Assembly (NCBI GenBank): GCA_034506395.1 | Contig: JAPDPQ010000001.1 | Location: forward strand, 4,435 to 68,434 | Direction: 5' to 3' | Origin: Candidatus Zhuqueibacterota bacterium | GTDB taxonomy: Bacteria > Zhuqueibacterota > Zhuqueibacteria > Thermofontimicrobiales > Thermofontimicrobiaceae | Length of the DNA: 64,000 bases | Shown here: piece by piece, positions 27,666 through 38,319 of the stretch | How the letters are laid out: each line of letters begins with the position of its first letter | Numbering within the stretch: the first letter of the stretch is position 1 | Notes under the pieces: model-generated | What the model was told of the DNA's origin: nothing | Database searches by the model: none | Seen by the model: only the letters and a program-made list of their open reading frames with translations | Program-made: the position numbers and the translations under genes

Positions 27666-29726
27666 TCAAAATAATGGCGCGATAACTAGGGAAATAATGC
27701 TCATCAATTTTATCAAGATATTGAGGGATGGTCCCGATGTGTCCTTGAACGGATCGCCCACAGTATCTCCGACAACAGCAGCTTTATGGGAAGGAGACCC
27801 TTTGCCGCCAAGCGCACCGCTTTCAATATATTTTTTGGCGTTATCCCATGATCCACCCGCATTGGCCATAAAGATCGCCAACAACACGCCAGAGACAGTA
27901 GTTCCCGCCAGCACTCCTCCCAGCATTTGCGGCTTATTAAGGACCAAGCCGAAGAATACTGGAGTGAGTACAGCTAAGAGCCCTGGGGCGATCATCCGTT
28001 TGATTGCTGCTTTGGTCGCGATGTCTACACAGCGCGCATAATTGGCCTTTGTTTTTCCCTCGAGAAGGCCAGGAATTTCTTTGAACTGACGCCTCACTTC
28101 CTCGATCATATCGAAGGCCGCCCTTCCCACCGCACGTAGCGCGAACGATGAAAACACAAATGGCAGCACTCCACCAATGAACAAACCGGCCATTATCCAT
28201 GGATCATCAATATCCAGGCTCAGGTTATGGCCAATTGCCCGAGCCGCGGTTTCACGGTACGCAGCAAACAACGCCAGGGCCGTCAACGCCGCAGAACCAA
28301 TGGCAAATCCTTTACCGATAGCAGCGGTGGTATTGCCTACCGCATCCAATTTGTCGGTTCGGCTTCTCACCTCCTGAGGCAGTCCCGACATTTCGGCACA
28401 CCCGCCAGCATTATCGGCGATCGGCCCATAAGCATCAATCGCCAATTGGATGCCGGTGATCGAAAGCATGCCCAACGCGGCAATGGCAATTCCATATAGA
28501 CCGGCAAAAACGTAAGACACAATGATCGCAACCGCAATCGCAATGACTGGCAGTGCAGTTGAGAACATGCCATTCGCTAATCCAGCGATAATATTGGTTG
28601 CTGCCCCTGTTTCACTCGCCTTAGCAATCATTCGCGCTGGCCGGCGTGATTCTGCTGTGTAATACTCTGTCAGCAACCCGACAGCAATTCCCGCGATCAA
28701 TCCTGCAACGATCGCACCATACACAGAATGAGCACCAACCATCAAATTTTCGCCAGCCCTCCATTGAACGGGTTCTGGAACAAAAAATCGAATCACGAAA
28801 TAGCTAGCGATAAGCATCAGCAACCCAGCGATCCCCGTCCCAACATTCAATGCGGTTTGTGGGTTCCCCCCCTCTTTGGTCTTCACAAAAAAAGTGCCGA
28901 TGATCGAAACAATAATTCCCATCCCTGCAAGCATCAAAGGCAGTATCACAAAATTGCTATGCCCAGCACCCGCTGCCAAAACCATTGCGCCGATAATGGC
29001 GCCAACATAAGATTCAAACAGATCTGCGCCCATCCCAGCGACATCGCCGACATTGTCTCCGACATTATCAGCAATGGTAGCAGGATTCCGCGGATCATCT
29101 TCAGGAATGCCGGCTTCCACCTTTCCAACCAAGTCCGCACCAACATCAGCCGCCTTGGTGTAAATGCCACCTCCCACGCGGGCAAACAAAGCGATGCTGG
29201 AAGCCCCCATTGCAAATCCCGATAGGATCGTCATCACTCGTGACAAATCAGCATTGGCCTTCAACCCACCATATAAATAGAACAGCAGGGTAATGCCGAT
29301 GATCCCCAGCCCTACAACGCTCATGCCCATTACCGAGCCACCGCTGAAAGCGACTTTAAGCGCTGCATTCAAGCTGGTACGCGCTGCTTGCGTGGTTCGG
29401 TGATTGGCTGAGGTTGCAACCCGCATCCCAAAAAGCCCAGCTAAACCGCTACATAAAGCTCCCACAATGAACGACACCGCTACCAAACTTGTTCCCTGGG
29501 AGGCATTCCCCATTGCCAAAAGGATGGCTACTGCAATCACAAACACAGCCAAGACTTTATATTCTCGGGCCAAGAACGCCATTGCACCCTCGCGCACCGC
29601 TTGTCCAATCGACTGCATTGTCTCATTTCCAGGGTCCTGCCGATTAATCCAGCGTGACTTAATGAAAGCATACAATAATGCCAGCACACCGCTTGCTAAT
29701 CCCAACCAGACCAACTCGCTCCGCAC
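27666..29726 (-). CDS. hppA: Membrane-bound ion-translocating pyrophosphatase, K+-dependent type
   Basis: 686 aa, about 16 TM segments, with [19 protein letters not shown] and DNVGDNVGD motifs. [10 protein letters not shown] has Ala rather than Lys after GNTT, the marker of the K+-dependent clade. GTG start with AGGAGG 7 nt upstream. Confidence 0.9.
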   Translation of the reverse strand: MRSELVWLGLASGVLALLYAFIKSRWINRQDPGNETMQSIGQAVREGAMAFLAREYKVLAVFVIAVAILLAMGNASQGTSLVAVSFIVGALCSGLAGLFGMRVATSANHRTTQAARTSLNAALKVAFSGGSVMGMSVVGLGIIGITLLFYLYGGLKANADLSRVMTILSGFAMGASSIALFARVGGGIYTKAADVGADLVGKVEAGIPEDDPRNPATIADNVGDNVGDVAGMGADLFESYVGAIIGAMVLAAGAGHSNFVILPLMLAGMGIIVSIIGTFFVKTKEGGNPQTALNVGTGIAGLLMLIASYFVIRFFVPEPVQWRAGENLMVGAHSVYGAIVAGLIAGIAVGLLTEYYTAESRRPARMIAKASETGAATNIIAGLANGMFSTALPVIAIAVAIIVSYVFAGLYGIAIAALGMLSITGIQLAIDAYGPIADNAGGCAEMSGLPQEVRSRTDKLDAVGNTTAAIGKGFAIGSAALTALALFAAYRETAARAIGHNLSLDIDDPWIMAGLFIGGVLPFVFSSFALRAVGRAAFDMIEEVRRQFKEIPGLLEGKTKANYARCVDIATKAAIKRMIAPGLLAVLTPVFFGLVLNKPQMLGGVLAGTTVSGVLLAIFMANAGGSWDNAKKYIESGALGGKGSPSHKAAVVGDTVGDPFKDTSGPSLNILIKLMSIISLVIAPLF

Positions 29727-29842
29727 GCTTCATCCTCCTCATAAAATTTAAACCTTACCCGATTGTGATCTTATCAGTATCATAATTCATAACAGGCCTT
29801 TGATGCGATGCGCACCATCACCATATTAAAGCCAGGATTTTA

Positions 29843-30472
29843 TTACTCCTCTTTTTTCTCAGTCACTGGTGCTTTCTCAGCTTCAGCAGCAGCTTCTACC
29901 ACCTCTGGTTTCACTTCTTTTTCAACGGTTGGCGGTAATACGTTCACGATAGGCTGATCTAAGTCACCAACGATTGTGGCTTTTTCAATTGACAAAGAAC
30001 GCGCGGTAATCGTATCACCGATATTCAGCTTCGTCACATCGATCTCAATCCGATCAGGAATATCCAATGGCAAACACTCAACTTCGAGTTCCCGGAGATA
30101 TTGATGCAAAATTCCACCTTGCTGTTTCACCCCTATCGCTTCTCCGACCAGAACGATGGGCACATTGATAGTGATCTTTTCTTCGAGACTGACGCCTTGT
30201 ACATCGATATGAACAAGCGTTTGTTTGACTGGATCCACTTGAACATCTTTTATGATGGCTTTTTGTTTGCGTTTCTTGCCAAGTTGAAAATCAATTAAAC
30301 CGGATTCAGAACCTAAAATCTTTAACGTTTCTCTTTGATCGAGTGCTATCGGAATTGCTTTTTCGCCATGACTGTAAAAAATCCCAGGGATTTTCCCTTC
30401 TCTGCGCAATTTTTTAGCAAATCCCTTACCAGTTTTTTCACGGGGTTGAGCTTGCAATAAAAGTTCAGACAT
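29843..30472 (-). CDS. rplY: 50S ribosomal protein L25 / general stress protein Ctc (long form)
   Basis: REKTGKGFAKKLRREGKIPGIFYSHGEK..LVHIDVQ, with a Lys/Glu-rich C-terminal tail. Confidence 0.85.
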   Translation of the reverse strand: MSELLLQAQPREKTGKGFAKKLRREGKIPGIFYSHGEKAIPIALDQRETLKILGSESGLIDFQLGKKRKQKAIIKDVQVDPVKQTLVHIDVQGVSLEEKITINVPIVLVGEAIGVKQQGGILHQYLRELEVECLPLDIPDRIEIDVTKLNIGDTITARSLSIEKATIVGDLDQPIVNVLPPTVEKEVKPEVVEAAAEAEKAPVTEKKEE

Positions 30473-30502
30473 TCTCGTTCTCCATTCAATTCCTAAAATT
30501 TA

Positions 30503-31438
30503 TCAATCAAATAAAATACTAATGGATTCCTCATTATGAATTCGCTGGATGGCATTCCCGAATAAATTCGCCACCGATATTACTTTTAATTTATCGAACA
30601 TCTTTTTTTCATCCAACGGGATCGTATCAGTAACAACGATTTCAGAAAAAAAGGAATTTTTCAATTTTTCTGGCGCATTCCCAGACAAGATAGCATGGGT
30701 ACACCCGGCATAAGCACCTTTTGCCCCCTCCAAAAACGCTGCCTCAGCCGCTTGCAGCATTGTCCCTCCGGTATCGACAATATCGTCGATAATAAGGATG
30801 TTTTTATCCTTCACTGAACCAATGATACTCATGACCTCCGCTTGGTTTGGCTTTGGTCGGCGTTTGTCCGCAATCGCAAGGGGAATATGAAGTCGTTTCG
30901 CATAAGCCCGGGCAAATTTGACGCCGCCAATATCGGGAGATAGCACCACCAAATCCTCTATCCCACGTTTCAAATAATAGTCGACCAAAATCGGTGCCGA
31001 ATATAAATGATCCAGTGGGATATCAAAAAAACCTTGAATTTGGGCAGCATGAAGATCCATGGTCAAAACGCGATCTGCCCCAGCAGTGGTGATCAGATTT
31101 GCCACCAATTTCGCGGTGATCGCCACGCGCGGCTGATCTTTTCGATCTTGCCGGGCATATCCATAATATGGAATGACAGCGGTGATCCTTTTAGCCGAAG
31201 AACGACGCGCTGCATCGATCATGATAAGCAATTCCATCAAATTGCTAGATGGCGCATTGGTTGACTGAACGATGAAAACATCACAACCACGGATATTCTC
31301 ATTATACTTCACCCAAATTTCACCATCGCTAAAGTATTGGATGCTGGAATCCCCTAGCGGGATACCCAAGTAATCGACAATCTTCTTGGCCAATTGCTTT
31401 CCATTCGTTCCAGCGAATACCTTCAAAGAATTGCTCAT
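30503..31438 (-). CDS. prs: Ribose-phosphate pyrophosphokinase
   Basis: LKVFAGTNGKQLAKKI..YYGYARQDRK..DLHAAQIQGFF..IIDDIVDTGGT. Start moved to ATG 31438; the longer track ORF would run into the tRNA gene. Confidence 0.9.
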   Translation of the reverse strand: MSNSLKVFAGTNGKQLAKKIVDYLGIPLGDSSIQYFSDGEIWVKYNENIRGCDVFIVQSTNAPSSNLMELLIMIDAARRSSAKRITAVIPYYGYARQDRKDQPRVAITAKLVANLITTAGADRVLTMDLHAAQIQGFFDIPLDHLYSAPILVDYYLKRGIEDLVVLSPDIGGVKFARAYAKRLHIPLAIADKRRPKPNQAEVMSIIGSVKDKNILIIDDIVDTGGTMLQAAEAAFLEGAKGAYAGCTHAILSGNAPEKLKNSFFSEIVVTDTIPLDEKKMFDKLKVISVANLFGNAIQRIHNEESISILFD

Positions 31439-31615
31439 CAATTCAAGGTCCTTAGATAAAAAATGACGAGAAAACTTATGGAGCCAGCACCAAAACGATC
31501 TCAGGGGAACATAAAGTTTCCGTTTGACAGGTTGGGACATCACCCGTGATGTCGGCTCCAATACCGCTTTTCGTCATTCACCATACAATAAAGAGCTATC
31601 ACAATCAAAAACAAG

Positions 31616-31686
31616 CTGGGGCGGGAGGATTCGAACCCCCGATACAGGGACCAAAACCCTGTGCCTTGCCGCTTGGCCACGCCCCA
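31616..31686 (-). tRNA. tRNA-Gln (anticodon UUG)
   Basis: The reverse complement folds by hand into a cloverleaf. Acceptor TGGGGCG/CGCCCCA, anticodon stem CAGGG/CCCTG with loop TTTTGGT (anticodon TTG), T-arm GGGGG-TTCGAAT-CCTCC. No encoded CCA. Confidence 0.9.
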
Positions 31687-31707
31687 GTGTTGGACAATTC
31701 TAACATA

Positions 31708-32007
31708 TTAATACAGCTCATCCTCAGAGGTGGACTCTTCGACTGGAGCTCCTGATTGCAATTTTCGATTGTACTCTTCAAGGATGACTTTTTCAATCAA
31801 CTGACGAAACTCGTTGTTGATTGGATGGGCAATATCTCGAAAGGAACCATCAGACATTCTTCGACTGGGCATACTGACAAAATAGCCGTTTGCCCCTTTT
31901 ATGACTTTCATTCCGCGGACAACAAACTGATTATCAAACGTTACATTAACAAAAGCTTTCAGCTTTTCTTCGTTGCGTAGGGTAACGTTGACTTCTGTTA
32001 TTTCCAT
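31708..32007 (-). CDS. spoVG: SpoVG-family regulator
   Basis: MEITEVNVTLRNEEKLKAFVNVTFDNQFVVRGMKVIKGANGYFVSMPSRR. Start at ATG 32007, preceded by GGAGAGAGGA. Confidence 0.9.
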   Translation of the reverse strand: MEITEVNVTLRNEEKLKAFVNVTFDNQFVVRGMKVIKGANGYFVSMPSRRMSDGSFRDIAHPINNEFRQLIEKVILEEYNRKLQSGAPVEESTSEDELY

Positions 32008-32200
32008 TCCTCTCTCCTGCAATACTAATAAAATCTAAAAATGGCTGCTTGCTTTGTTTTGGCTTCTTGTTGTCTACTCTATTGGAGCATGTTCCTATCA
32101 TATTGCCCTTGGTTGCAGTTCCAATAACATTTGATAACAGAAAAAATTTGTCCCGTCTAATTATTTGTCCCCTACTCGTCTCCACTCCCGAAATCTCAAA

Positions 32201-33082
32201 CTACAGATGGGTCGTTGTTATCATTGGCATTGCAACGATAATTTGGTAGGGCATAAATCCTGACCTCTCCACCGCCACCGCATCTGTATAATTATCAAAC
32301 AATCCATAAATGGTTGATCCACTGCCCGACATACTAGCGAAAAATGCGCCTCGATCATATAGCATTTGTTTGATCTCGCCAAGCAATGGATAGCGCCGAA
32401 GAACCACCTCCTCTAAATCATTTCGAACGACCTTTCTTAGATCAGAAATTGTCATACCCTTGAAAAATAAGTAGGATAATTTAATACTTTTTTTTGTCTT
32501 TGTCAAGCTAAAATTATAATTACTAAATGCCCATCTTGAAGAAATTTCAATATTTGGATATACGAGAACACAAAAAAAATTAAATGGTAATTCAATCGGT
32601 CGAATTTGATCCCCGATCCCTGTGCCTAATGCTGTACCACCATACAAGAAAAACGGCACATCCGCACCCAGCTCTTTAGCCAGTTCATGGAATCGATCGA
32701 GCGATAAATCCAATCGCCAAAGGCGAGATAAGCCCCTTAAGACTGCCGCCGCGTCACTGCTTCCACCCCCTAATCCTGCTGCTAATGGAATGTGCTTATA
32801 AAGCCGAATCAAGACACCGTCATTCCGACCACTATGCTGGCGAATTAATTTTGCTGCCTGAACGCAGAGGTTCGATTCGCCCAAAGGCAGCCTTGCATCA
32901 TTACTCCACAATTCGATCCCATGATGATCCGTTTTTTGGATTATTATCTCGTCATAAAGATCAATTTGTTGGAAAATCGTTTCAATCTCGTGATAGCCAT
33001 CGGAACGTCTGCCTAAAATTTGGAGCCCAATATTGATTTTCGCATAAGCTCTCTCGTAACATTCCTCCATAATGGCGATCAC
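32201..33082 (-). CDS. ispE: 4-diphosphocytidyl-2-C-methyl-D-erythritol kinase
   Basis: AYAKINIGLQILGRRSDGYHEIETIF..IPLAAGLGGGSSDAAA is the GHMP kinase motif. Confidence 0.85.
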   Translation of the reverse strand: MIAIMEECYERAYAKINIGLQILGRRSDGYHEIETIFQQIDLYDEIIIQKTDHHGIELWSNDARLPLGESNLCVQAAKLIRQHSGRNDGVLIRLYKHIPLAAGLGGGSSDAAAVLRGLSRLWRLDLSLDRFHELAKELGADVPFFLYGGTALGTGIGDQIRPIELPFNFFCVLVYPNIEISSRWAFSNYNFSLTKTKKSIKLSYLFFKGMTISDLRKVVRNDLEEVVLRRYPLLGEIKQMLYDRGAFFASMSGSGSTIYGLFDNYTDAVAVERSGFMPYQIIVAMPMITTTHL

Positions 33083-33287
33083 TATTATTCAATGTCACTA
33101 ATTTGTCAGAATAAGCTGTTACCCGAAAGCTATAAACAAGCATCTTCGCTGATAATAAACAAAAACTCCATTAAGATGGAGCTCACATTCGTTATGCAAT
33201 TCATTTCGAACGATCTTTTTATTCGGTCAAAAATTAAGAATTTTTTTTGAATTTGTCAACATTTATTTCTCTCTCCGTACATTTATC

Positions 33288-33316
33288 TTGCAATCGTTGC
33301 TTTGTTTTTGTATCTT
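33288..33316 (+). promoter_or_regulatory. Sigma-70-type promoter upstream of lpxH
   Basis: TTGCAA (33288-33293), 17-nt spacer, TATCTT (33311-33316). Confidence 0.4.
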
Positions 33317-33352
33317 ATCACACCAATGAATGAAACTGGGGTGGAGCTGGAG

Positions 33353-34078
33353 ATGGAAAAGATATTTTTTATTTCGGATCTTCACATCGGTGCTGGTACC
33401 AGAAGCGAAGAAGAACTTAGGCTGAAGCGACTCTTTTCATTTTTTCATCATATCAATCAACCTGGCAATCAGCTTTTCATAGTTGGAGATCTGTTCGATT
33501 TCTGGTTTGAATATCGGCATGTGATCCCAAACCAATATTTCAATGTCCTTTATCGCATTCATCAGCTTATCGAGAGCCAGGTGACGGTTCATTTCCTCCC
33601 AGGAAATCATGATAGCTGGATTAAAGATTTCTTTGCCAAACATGTCAAAATGCGGGTTCACCCAGAAATGGCCGAGCTTGTAATCCAATCGAAAAAATTG
33701 TTATTGTTTCATGGGGATGGTATTTCCAAAAAGGATGTGGGGTATCGAATTCTAAAAAAGATCTTTCGCAATCCAGTAAACATATTTTTATATCGGTTGG
33801 TTCATCCTGATATTGGGATCCCGCTGGCAAAGCTAATGTCCCAGGGGAGTAGAAAGCATACCGCTGGGAAAATCCTTAATGATGAAGAAGACTACTGGAA
33901 CTTCGCCATGGAGAAATTTCAATTGGGTTTCGATTATGTGATCGTCGGTCATTCTCATAACCCATTATTCAGGAAATTCGGAGACCAAGCGTTTTTAAAT
34001 TTGGGGGACTGGATCAATCATTTTAGTTATGGGGAATTACATCGCGGTGAGTTAACTTTGCGCTATTGGAACAGTTGA
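33353..34078 (+). CDS. lpxH: UDP-2,3-diacylglucosamine diphosphatase (LpxH-type metallophosphoesterase)
   Basis: IFFISDLHIGAG..LFIVGDLFDFWFEY..GNHD..GHSH. Start at ATG 33353, preceded by GGAG. Confidence 0.75.
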   Translation: MEKIFFISDLHIGAGTRSEEELRLKRLFSFFHHINQPGNQLFIVGDLFDFWFEYRHVIPNQYFNVLYRIHQLIESQVTVHFLPGNHDSWIKDFFAKHVKMRVHPEMAELVIQSKKLLLFHGDGISKKDVGYRILKKIFRNPVNIFLYRLVHPDIGIPLAKLMSQGSRKHTAGKILNDEEDYWNFAMEKFQLGFDYVIVGHSHNPLFRKFGDQAFLNLGDWINHFSYGELHRGELTLRYWNS

Positions 34079-34266
34079 TTTTTCCTTGTCGTTTAATTCA
34101 TGAATTTTGAGCATGCAAGGGAATAAATTTTCGCTGATTATAGCGAAACTTCAAATGAGAACATTTTTTTCTGGATTACCACTTCTGCCCGAGTGCCTTG
34201 ATTGGGCTTGTTAGGCTCGTGATAGATTCACTAGGCTCTTAAAGCGAAAGCACTGTTGAGGAGCAA

Positions 34267-36471
34267 ATGCGGAGATATAGACGAATTATGGAATTAAACA
34301 ATTCTTCAAGTCCATCACAACAATTCTCCACACTAAACTTTCAAAGCTGGAAAGTCAGGATTGCAATCATATTCGGACTGTTGATATTGTTTCTTATTAT
34401 TTATATCGCGATTTTGAGTCAGGACCTACCTTCGTTAAGTCAATTGGAGAACTACGATCCTGAGCTGGCGACCAAGCTTTACTCTCGGGATGGGGTGGTG
34501 ATTAAAGAGCTCTTTACCAAAAAGCGGATCTTCATCCCGTTGGAGCAAATTCCGGACAACATGATTAAAGCAGTGTTGGCCACAGAGGACCGCATTTTTT
34601 ACAAGCATTGGGGCATCAATGTAAAACGCTTTACTTACGTGATGTTGGTCAATCTCATTCATTTTCGTTATCAACAGGGAGCAAGCACCATTACCCAGCA
34701 ATTGGCCCGACAATTATATTTGAATTTGGAAAAGAAAATCTCGCGCAAGATCAAAGAGTGGATCACGGCCATCCAGATTGAACGGACCTATACGAAGAAT
34801 GAAATCTTGGAGATGTACCTGAACCAGATGAATTTTGGTCAGGGCAATTATGGGGTGCAAGCTGCAGCATTGGATTTCTTCGGGAAGAACGCACGAGATT
34901 TGACGCTCGAGGAATGTGCTTTGTTGGCTGGATTATTGCAGCGACCTGCCTCATACTACCCCTACCGCTATCCAGAGCGCGCCATGCAGCGGAGAAACGT
35001 GGTGTTGCATAATATGTTGGAGCAAAAATACATTACTCGGGAACAGTATGAGCAGGCTAAAGCCCAGCCGCTTCGATTGAAGCCTTATGATCCAAAGGCG
35101 ATCTACGGGATCGCTCCATATTTCACTGAATATGTACGCCAGCAACTGCAGGATCGTTATAGCATGGACCTTTATAAAGGGGGCTATTCAGTATATACTA
35201 CGTTAGATACCAGAGTGCAAGCAGCAGCCGAGCGGGCGATGCAAAACCAGCTCCACCAATTGCAGAAAAAATTTAACAAACGGCTCATTTCCAGCAATCG
35301 ATTTAAAAAATTGATTCCAGAAGAGGTTTTAGCCGAAATTCCTCTTGAGCGGCTTAAGAGCAATGAACGACTACTGGACTCGCTTTTAACAGAATATGTG
35401 CCAATTCAAGCGGCGCTGATCGCCCTTGATCCGCGGGATGGACAGATCTTAGCAATGATCGGAGGACGAGACTTTGAAAAATACAAGTTCAATCGTGCCC
35501 TTCAAGCAAAAAGGCAGCCAGGATCAACTTTTAAACCGATTGTTTACACGGCTGCGATTGATAATGGATATCCGCCATGTTACGAACTTTTGAACCAGCC
35601 AGTGGTGCTATATCTTCCAAACGGTGATCGATGGGCACCACGCAATTATGACAATTCCCAGGGCGGGCCAACTACGTTGCGTGAAGCCTTACGACGTTCG
35701 CTAAATCTGGTGACCGCTCGACTGGTCCAAGAACTTGTTCCACCGAAAACGGTAGCTGATTATGCAGAAAAATTGGGCATTACCACCCCTGTTCCGCCCT
35801 ATGAGGCCGTTGCCCTTGGCTCGGCGGATGTAATTCTGGCCGAAATGACAGCTGCCTTTGGCGTTTTTGCCAATCAGGGAATTCTCACCAAACCCTTTGG
35901 CGTCTTGAGAGTCGAGGATAAATACGGCAATAAATTGGAAGAAAATAAGCCCGAAATCAAAGAGGTGCTTCGTAAGGAAACAGCCTATATCATGGCGGAT
36001 ATGCTCAGAACCGTTGTGGATCATGGCACTGGGGTCGCAGCCCGGACGACCTTTCATTTCTATCGACCCGCAGGTGGTAAAACTGGGACAACGAATGGTT
36101 TCACCGATGCGTGGTTCATTGGCTTTACCCCACAAATCGTTGCTGGAGTTTGGGTCGGCTTCGATGACCCAGCGCTGTCCCTCGGAGAAGGACAAGCTGG
36201 CGCTGTCGTTGCGCTGCCGATCTGGGCGCCGTTCATGAAAACCGCCCACGATACCCTCGAGCTCCCAGTACTCGATTTCGAAATGCCCCCTGGGGTGGTC
36301 CGTTTGGAAATCTGCAAAGAAACAAAAAAATTGGCGTCCGAATATTGTCCTGAAATCATCTCCGAGCTATTCGAAACCCGGTTTGCCCCGACCGAGCATT
36401 GCGATGTTCATACGGGATTCCATGACAGGAAAAAATCCCAGGAAAACATCCGCAAACGCATTCGCTTCTGA
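34267..36471 (+). CDS. Class A penicillin-binding protein (PBP1A: glycosyltransferase + transpeptidase)
   Basis: ATEDRIFYKHWGI..GASTITQQLA (GT51 domain), then QPGSTFKP (SxxK) and KTGTT in the transpeptidase domain. Confidence 0.9.
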   Translation: MRRYRRIMELNNSSSPSQQFSTLNFQSWKVRIAIIFGLLILFLIIYIAILSQDLPSLSQLENYDPELATKLYSRDGVVIKELFTKKRIFIPLEQIPDNMIKAVLATEDRIFYKHWGINVKRFTYVMLVNLIHFRYQQGASTITQQLARQLYLNLEKKISRKIKEWITAIQIERTYTKNEILEMYLNQMNFGQGNYGVQAAALDFFGKNARDLTLEECALLAGLLQRPASYYPYRYPERAMQRRNVVLHNMLEQKYITREQYEQAKAQPLRLKPYDPKAIYGIAPYFTEYVRQQLQDRYSMDLYKGGYSVYTTLDTRVQAAAERAMQNQLHQLQKKFNKRLISSNRFKKLIPEEVLAEIPLERLKSNERLLDSLLTEYVPIQAALIALDPRDGQILAMIGGRDFEKYKFNRALQAKRQPGSTFKPIVYTAAIDNGYPPCYELLNQPVVLYLPNGDRWAPRNYDNSQGGPTTLREALRRSLNLVTARLVQELVPPKTVADYAEKLGITTPVPPYEAVALGSADVILAEMTAAFGVFANQGILTKPFGVLRVEDKYGNKLEENKPEIKEVLRKETAYIMADMLRTVVDHGTGVAARTTFHFYRPAGGKTGTTNGFTDAWFIGFTPQIVAGVWVGFDDPALSLGEGQAGAVVALPIWAPFMKTAHDTLELPVLDFEMPPGVVRLEICKETKKLASEYCPEIISELFETRFAPTEHCDVHTGFHDRKKSQENIRKRIRF

Positions 36472-36933
36472 GGCCCAAGGCCTTTGGGAGACATTGCGGT
36501 TATATGGCCATTAATGTTTTCTAGGTCAAACAATCAGTGATTTGCAATGAATTGCGCCCGCTCCACCCCTTCGACCAGCACATTGACTCCGTCCTAGCTT
36601 GCGCAACTCATTCGGATCGCGTGAATTATTTGTAGGTCAGAAGTAGCAATCCTTTATTTATGAAGAGGGATGGAATAGTTTTATCCGCCTCACCTTCGAA
36701 TTGCAAAGCTCTCGAATTTATTGATACAAAAAATCTCTCGGGAAAACTATTTTATGATTCTTCATCCCTAACTTGTAGAGCTCTGCAAATTGAGCAAATT
36801 GCCTATAAGCAAATGTCCCTCTGCTGACGCATGACTCGCATTTATTTAAACACCCAATAAGTTAGCAGATCCCTACCTCTCCAGGGATGATATCGATATT
36901 GCGATATTTTTGAGCTATGAAGGCAATCGCAGG

Positions 36934-38229
36934 TTAGTGAATGGAGCCCAATATCAATCTTGGGACCTGACATGGTGCTTCATCAATTTCAATTGCCGAT
37001 CGTAAAGCGTGTTCAATTTGCTCAGCATTCATCACTTTTGAGTGATAGATTTCAGCCAAAGGCTCACCGCGTTCCACGCGATCACCGACTTTATGGCACA
37101 AAACGATCCCCGCGGTGGGATCAATGGGATCTCCAATTTTTGCCCGACCAGCGCCGAGTTCCATGGACAACAAGCCGATCTTCAGCGCATTTATCTCGTG
37201 AACATAACCTGATTTGGTGCTGAGCACGGTTTCATGATATTGGCTGAAGGGATATCGAGCAGGATTTTCAACGACTGAAATATCACCTCCCTGGGCAGTT
37301 ACCATCTCAATAAATTTATTATAGGCAGCTCCATTGGCTAATAAAAATTGCAATTGATCAGAATGATGAATTGGCTTTCCCGCCAATCGCAGCATCTCTG
37401 CCGTGAGCGCCAAAGTAATTTCAACTAAGTCATTTGGGCCACCACCATGCAATGTATCAATTGCTTCTTTAACCTCCAGCCAATTCCCAACCGCATAACC
37501 TAAAGGCTGATCCATGGCCGTCATCATGGCCGTAGTGGGCAGGCCGAAGCTTTTTGCAATCGAGATGAATGTCTCGGCTAATTGGTTCGCTCGGTCAAAT
37601 GAGCTAAAAAATGCTCCACGACCAGTTTTAACATCCAACACCAGGGCCTTTGCACCTTCTGCGATCTTTTTGCTCAATATGCTGGCAACAACTAAAGGGA
37701 TCGATGGCACAGTTCCTGTGCGATCGCGTAACGCATAAATCTTTTTGTCCGCCGGGACAATCTCATCGGTTTGCCCAATCATGGCAAGGCCGATTTTTTC
37801 AACTTGTTGAACGAACTCTGTCAAGCTCAACTGGGTTCGAAAGCCGGGGATCGATTCTAATTTGTCCAATGTCCCACCAGAATGGCCCAATCCACGACCA
37901 GACATCATGGGAACTGCTACCCCTGCCGCGGCGGCCAATGGGGCCAAGACCAATGACACCTTATCACCGACCCCTCCAGTGCTGTGCTTATCGACAGGCA
38001 TCCGATCTAAATGGCTGAAGTCTACCGTCCGGCCCGATTGAACCATGAGCTTGGTCAATGCTTGAGTCTCTTCTATGCTCATGCCCTGAAAATAAATGGC
38101 CATCAATAAAGCGGCCATTTGGTAGTCTGGGACCAAACCAGCGACATAGCCATCGATTATTGATTTCAACTCTGCCTCTGAAAGGTGAGATCCGTCTCGC
38201 TTTTTCACAATCAATTGTTCAATATTCAT
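36934..38229 (-). CDS. deoA: Thymidine / pyrimidine-nucleoside phosphorylase
   Basis: IVKKRDGSHLSEAELKSII..DKHSTGGVGDKVSL..SGRGLGHSGGTLDKLE. Start at ATG 38229, preceded by GGAAGAGGA. Confidence 0.9.
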   Translation of the reverse strand: MNIEQLIVKKRDGSHLSEAELKSIIDGYVAGLVPDYQMAALLMAIYFQGMSIEETQALTKLMVQSGRTVDFSHLDRMPVDKHSTGGVGDKVSLVLAPLAAAAGVAVPMMSGRGLGHSGGTLDKLESIPGFRTQLSLTEFVQQVEKIGLAMIGQTDEIVPADKKIYALRDRTGTVPSIPLVVASILSKKIAEGAKALVLDVKTGRGAFFSSFDRANQLAETFISIAKSFGLPTTAMMTAMDQPLGYAVGNWLEVKEAIDTLHGGGPNDLVEITLALTAEMLRLAGKPIHHSDQLQFLLANGAAYNKFIEMVTAQGGDISVVENPARYPFSQYHETVLSTKSGYVHEINALKIGLLSMELGAGRAKIGDPIDPTAGIVLCHKVGDRVERGEPLAEIYHSKVMNAEQIEHALRSAIEIDEAPCQVPRLILGSIH

Positions 38230-38319
38230 CGTTCCTCTTCCTTTTTCCAAAAAACAAAGAAGCAATCAAACAACGATTGCTTCTTTAATTTTGTTTTCAT
38301 TCTATAGCTCTATTTCGTG

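Noticed and set aside
30503-31561. Long N-terminal extensions in track ORFs: prs 31561, rplI 26281, spoVG 32022, deoA 38265, OsmC 1631, sigma 2223, MazG 20860, lpxH 33302, lspA 44228
   Set aside because: In each case an internal ATG preceded by a purine-rich Shine-Dalgarno coincides with the conserved N-terminus of the family. The extensions have junk-like sequence or collide with neighbouring features.
31546-31796. Track ORFs 31546..31755 (+) and 31605..31796 (-)
   Set aside because: They overlap the tRNA-Gln gene and the spoVG 3' end. Their translations include the tRNA sequence read as protein, so they are spurious.
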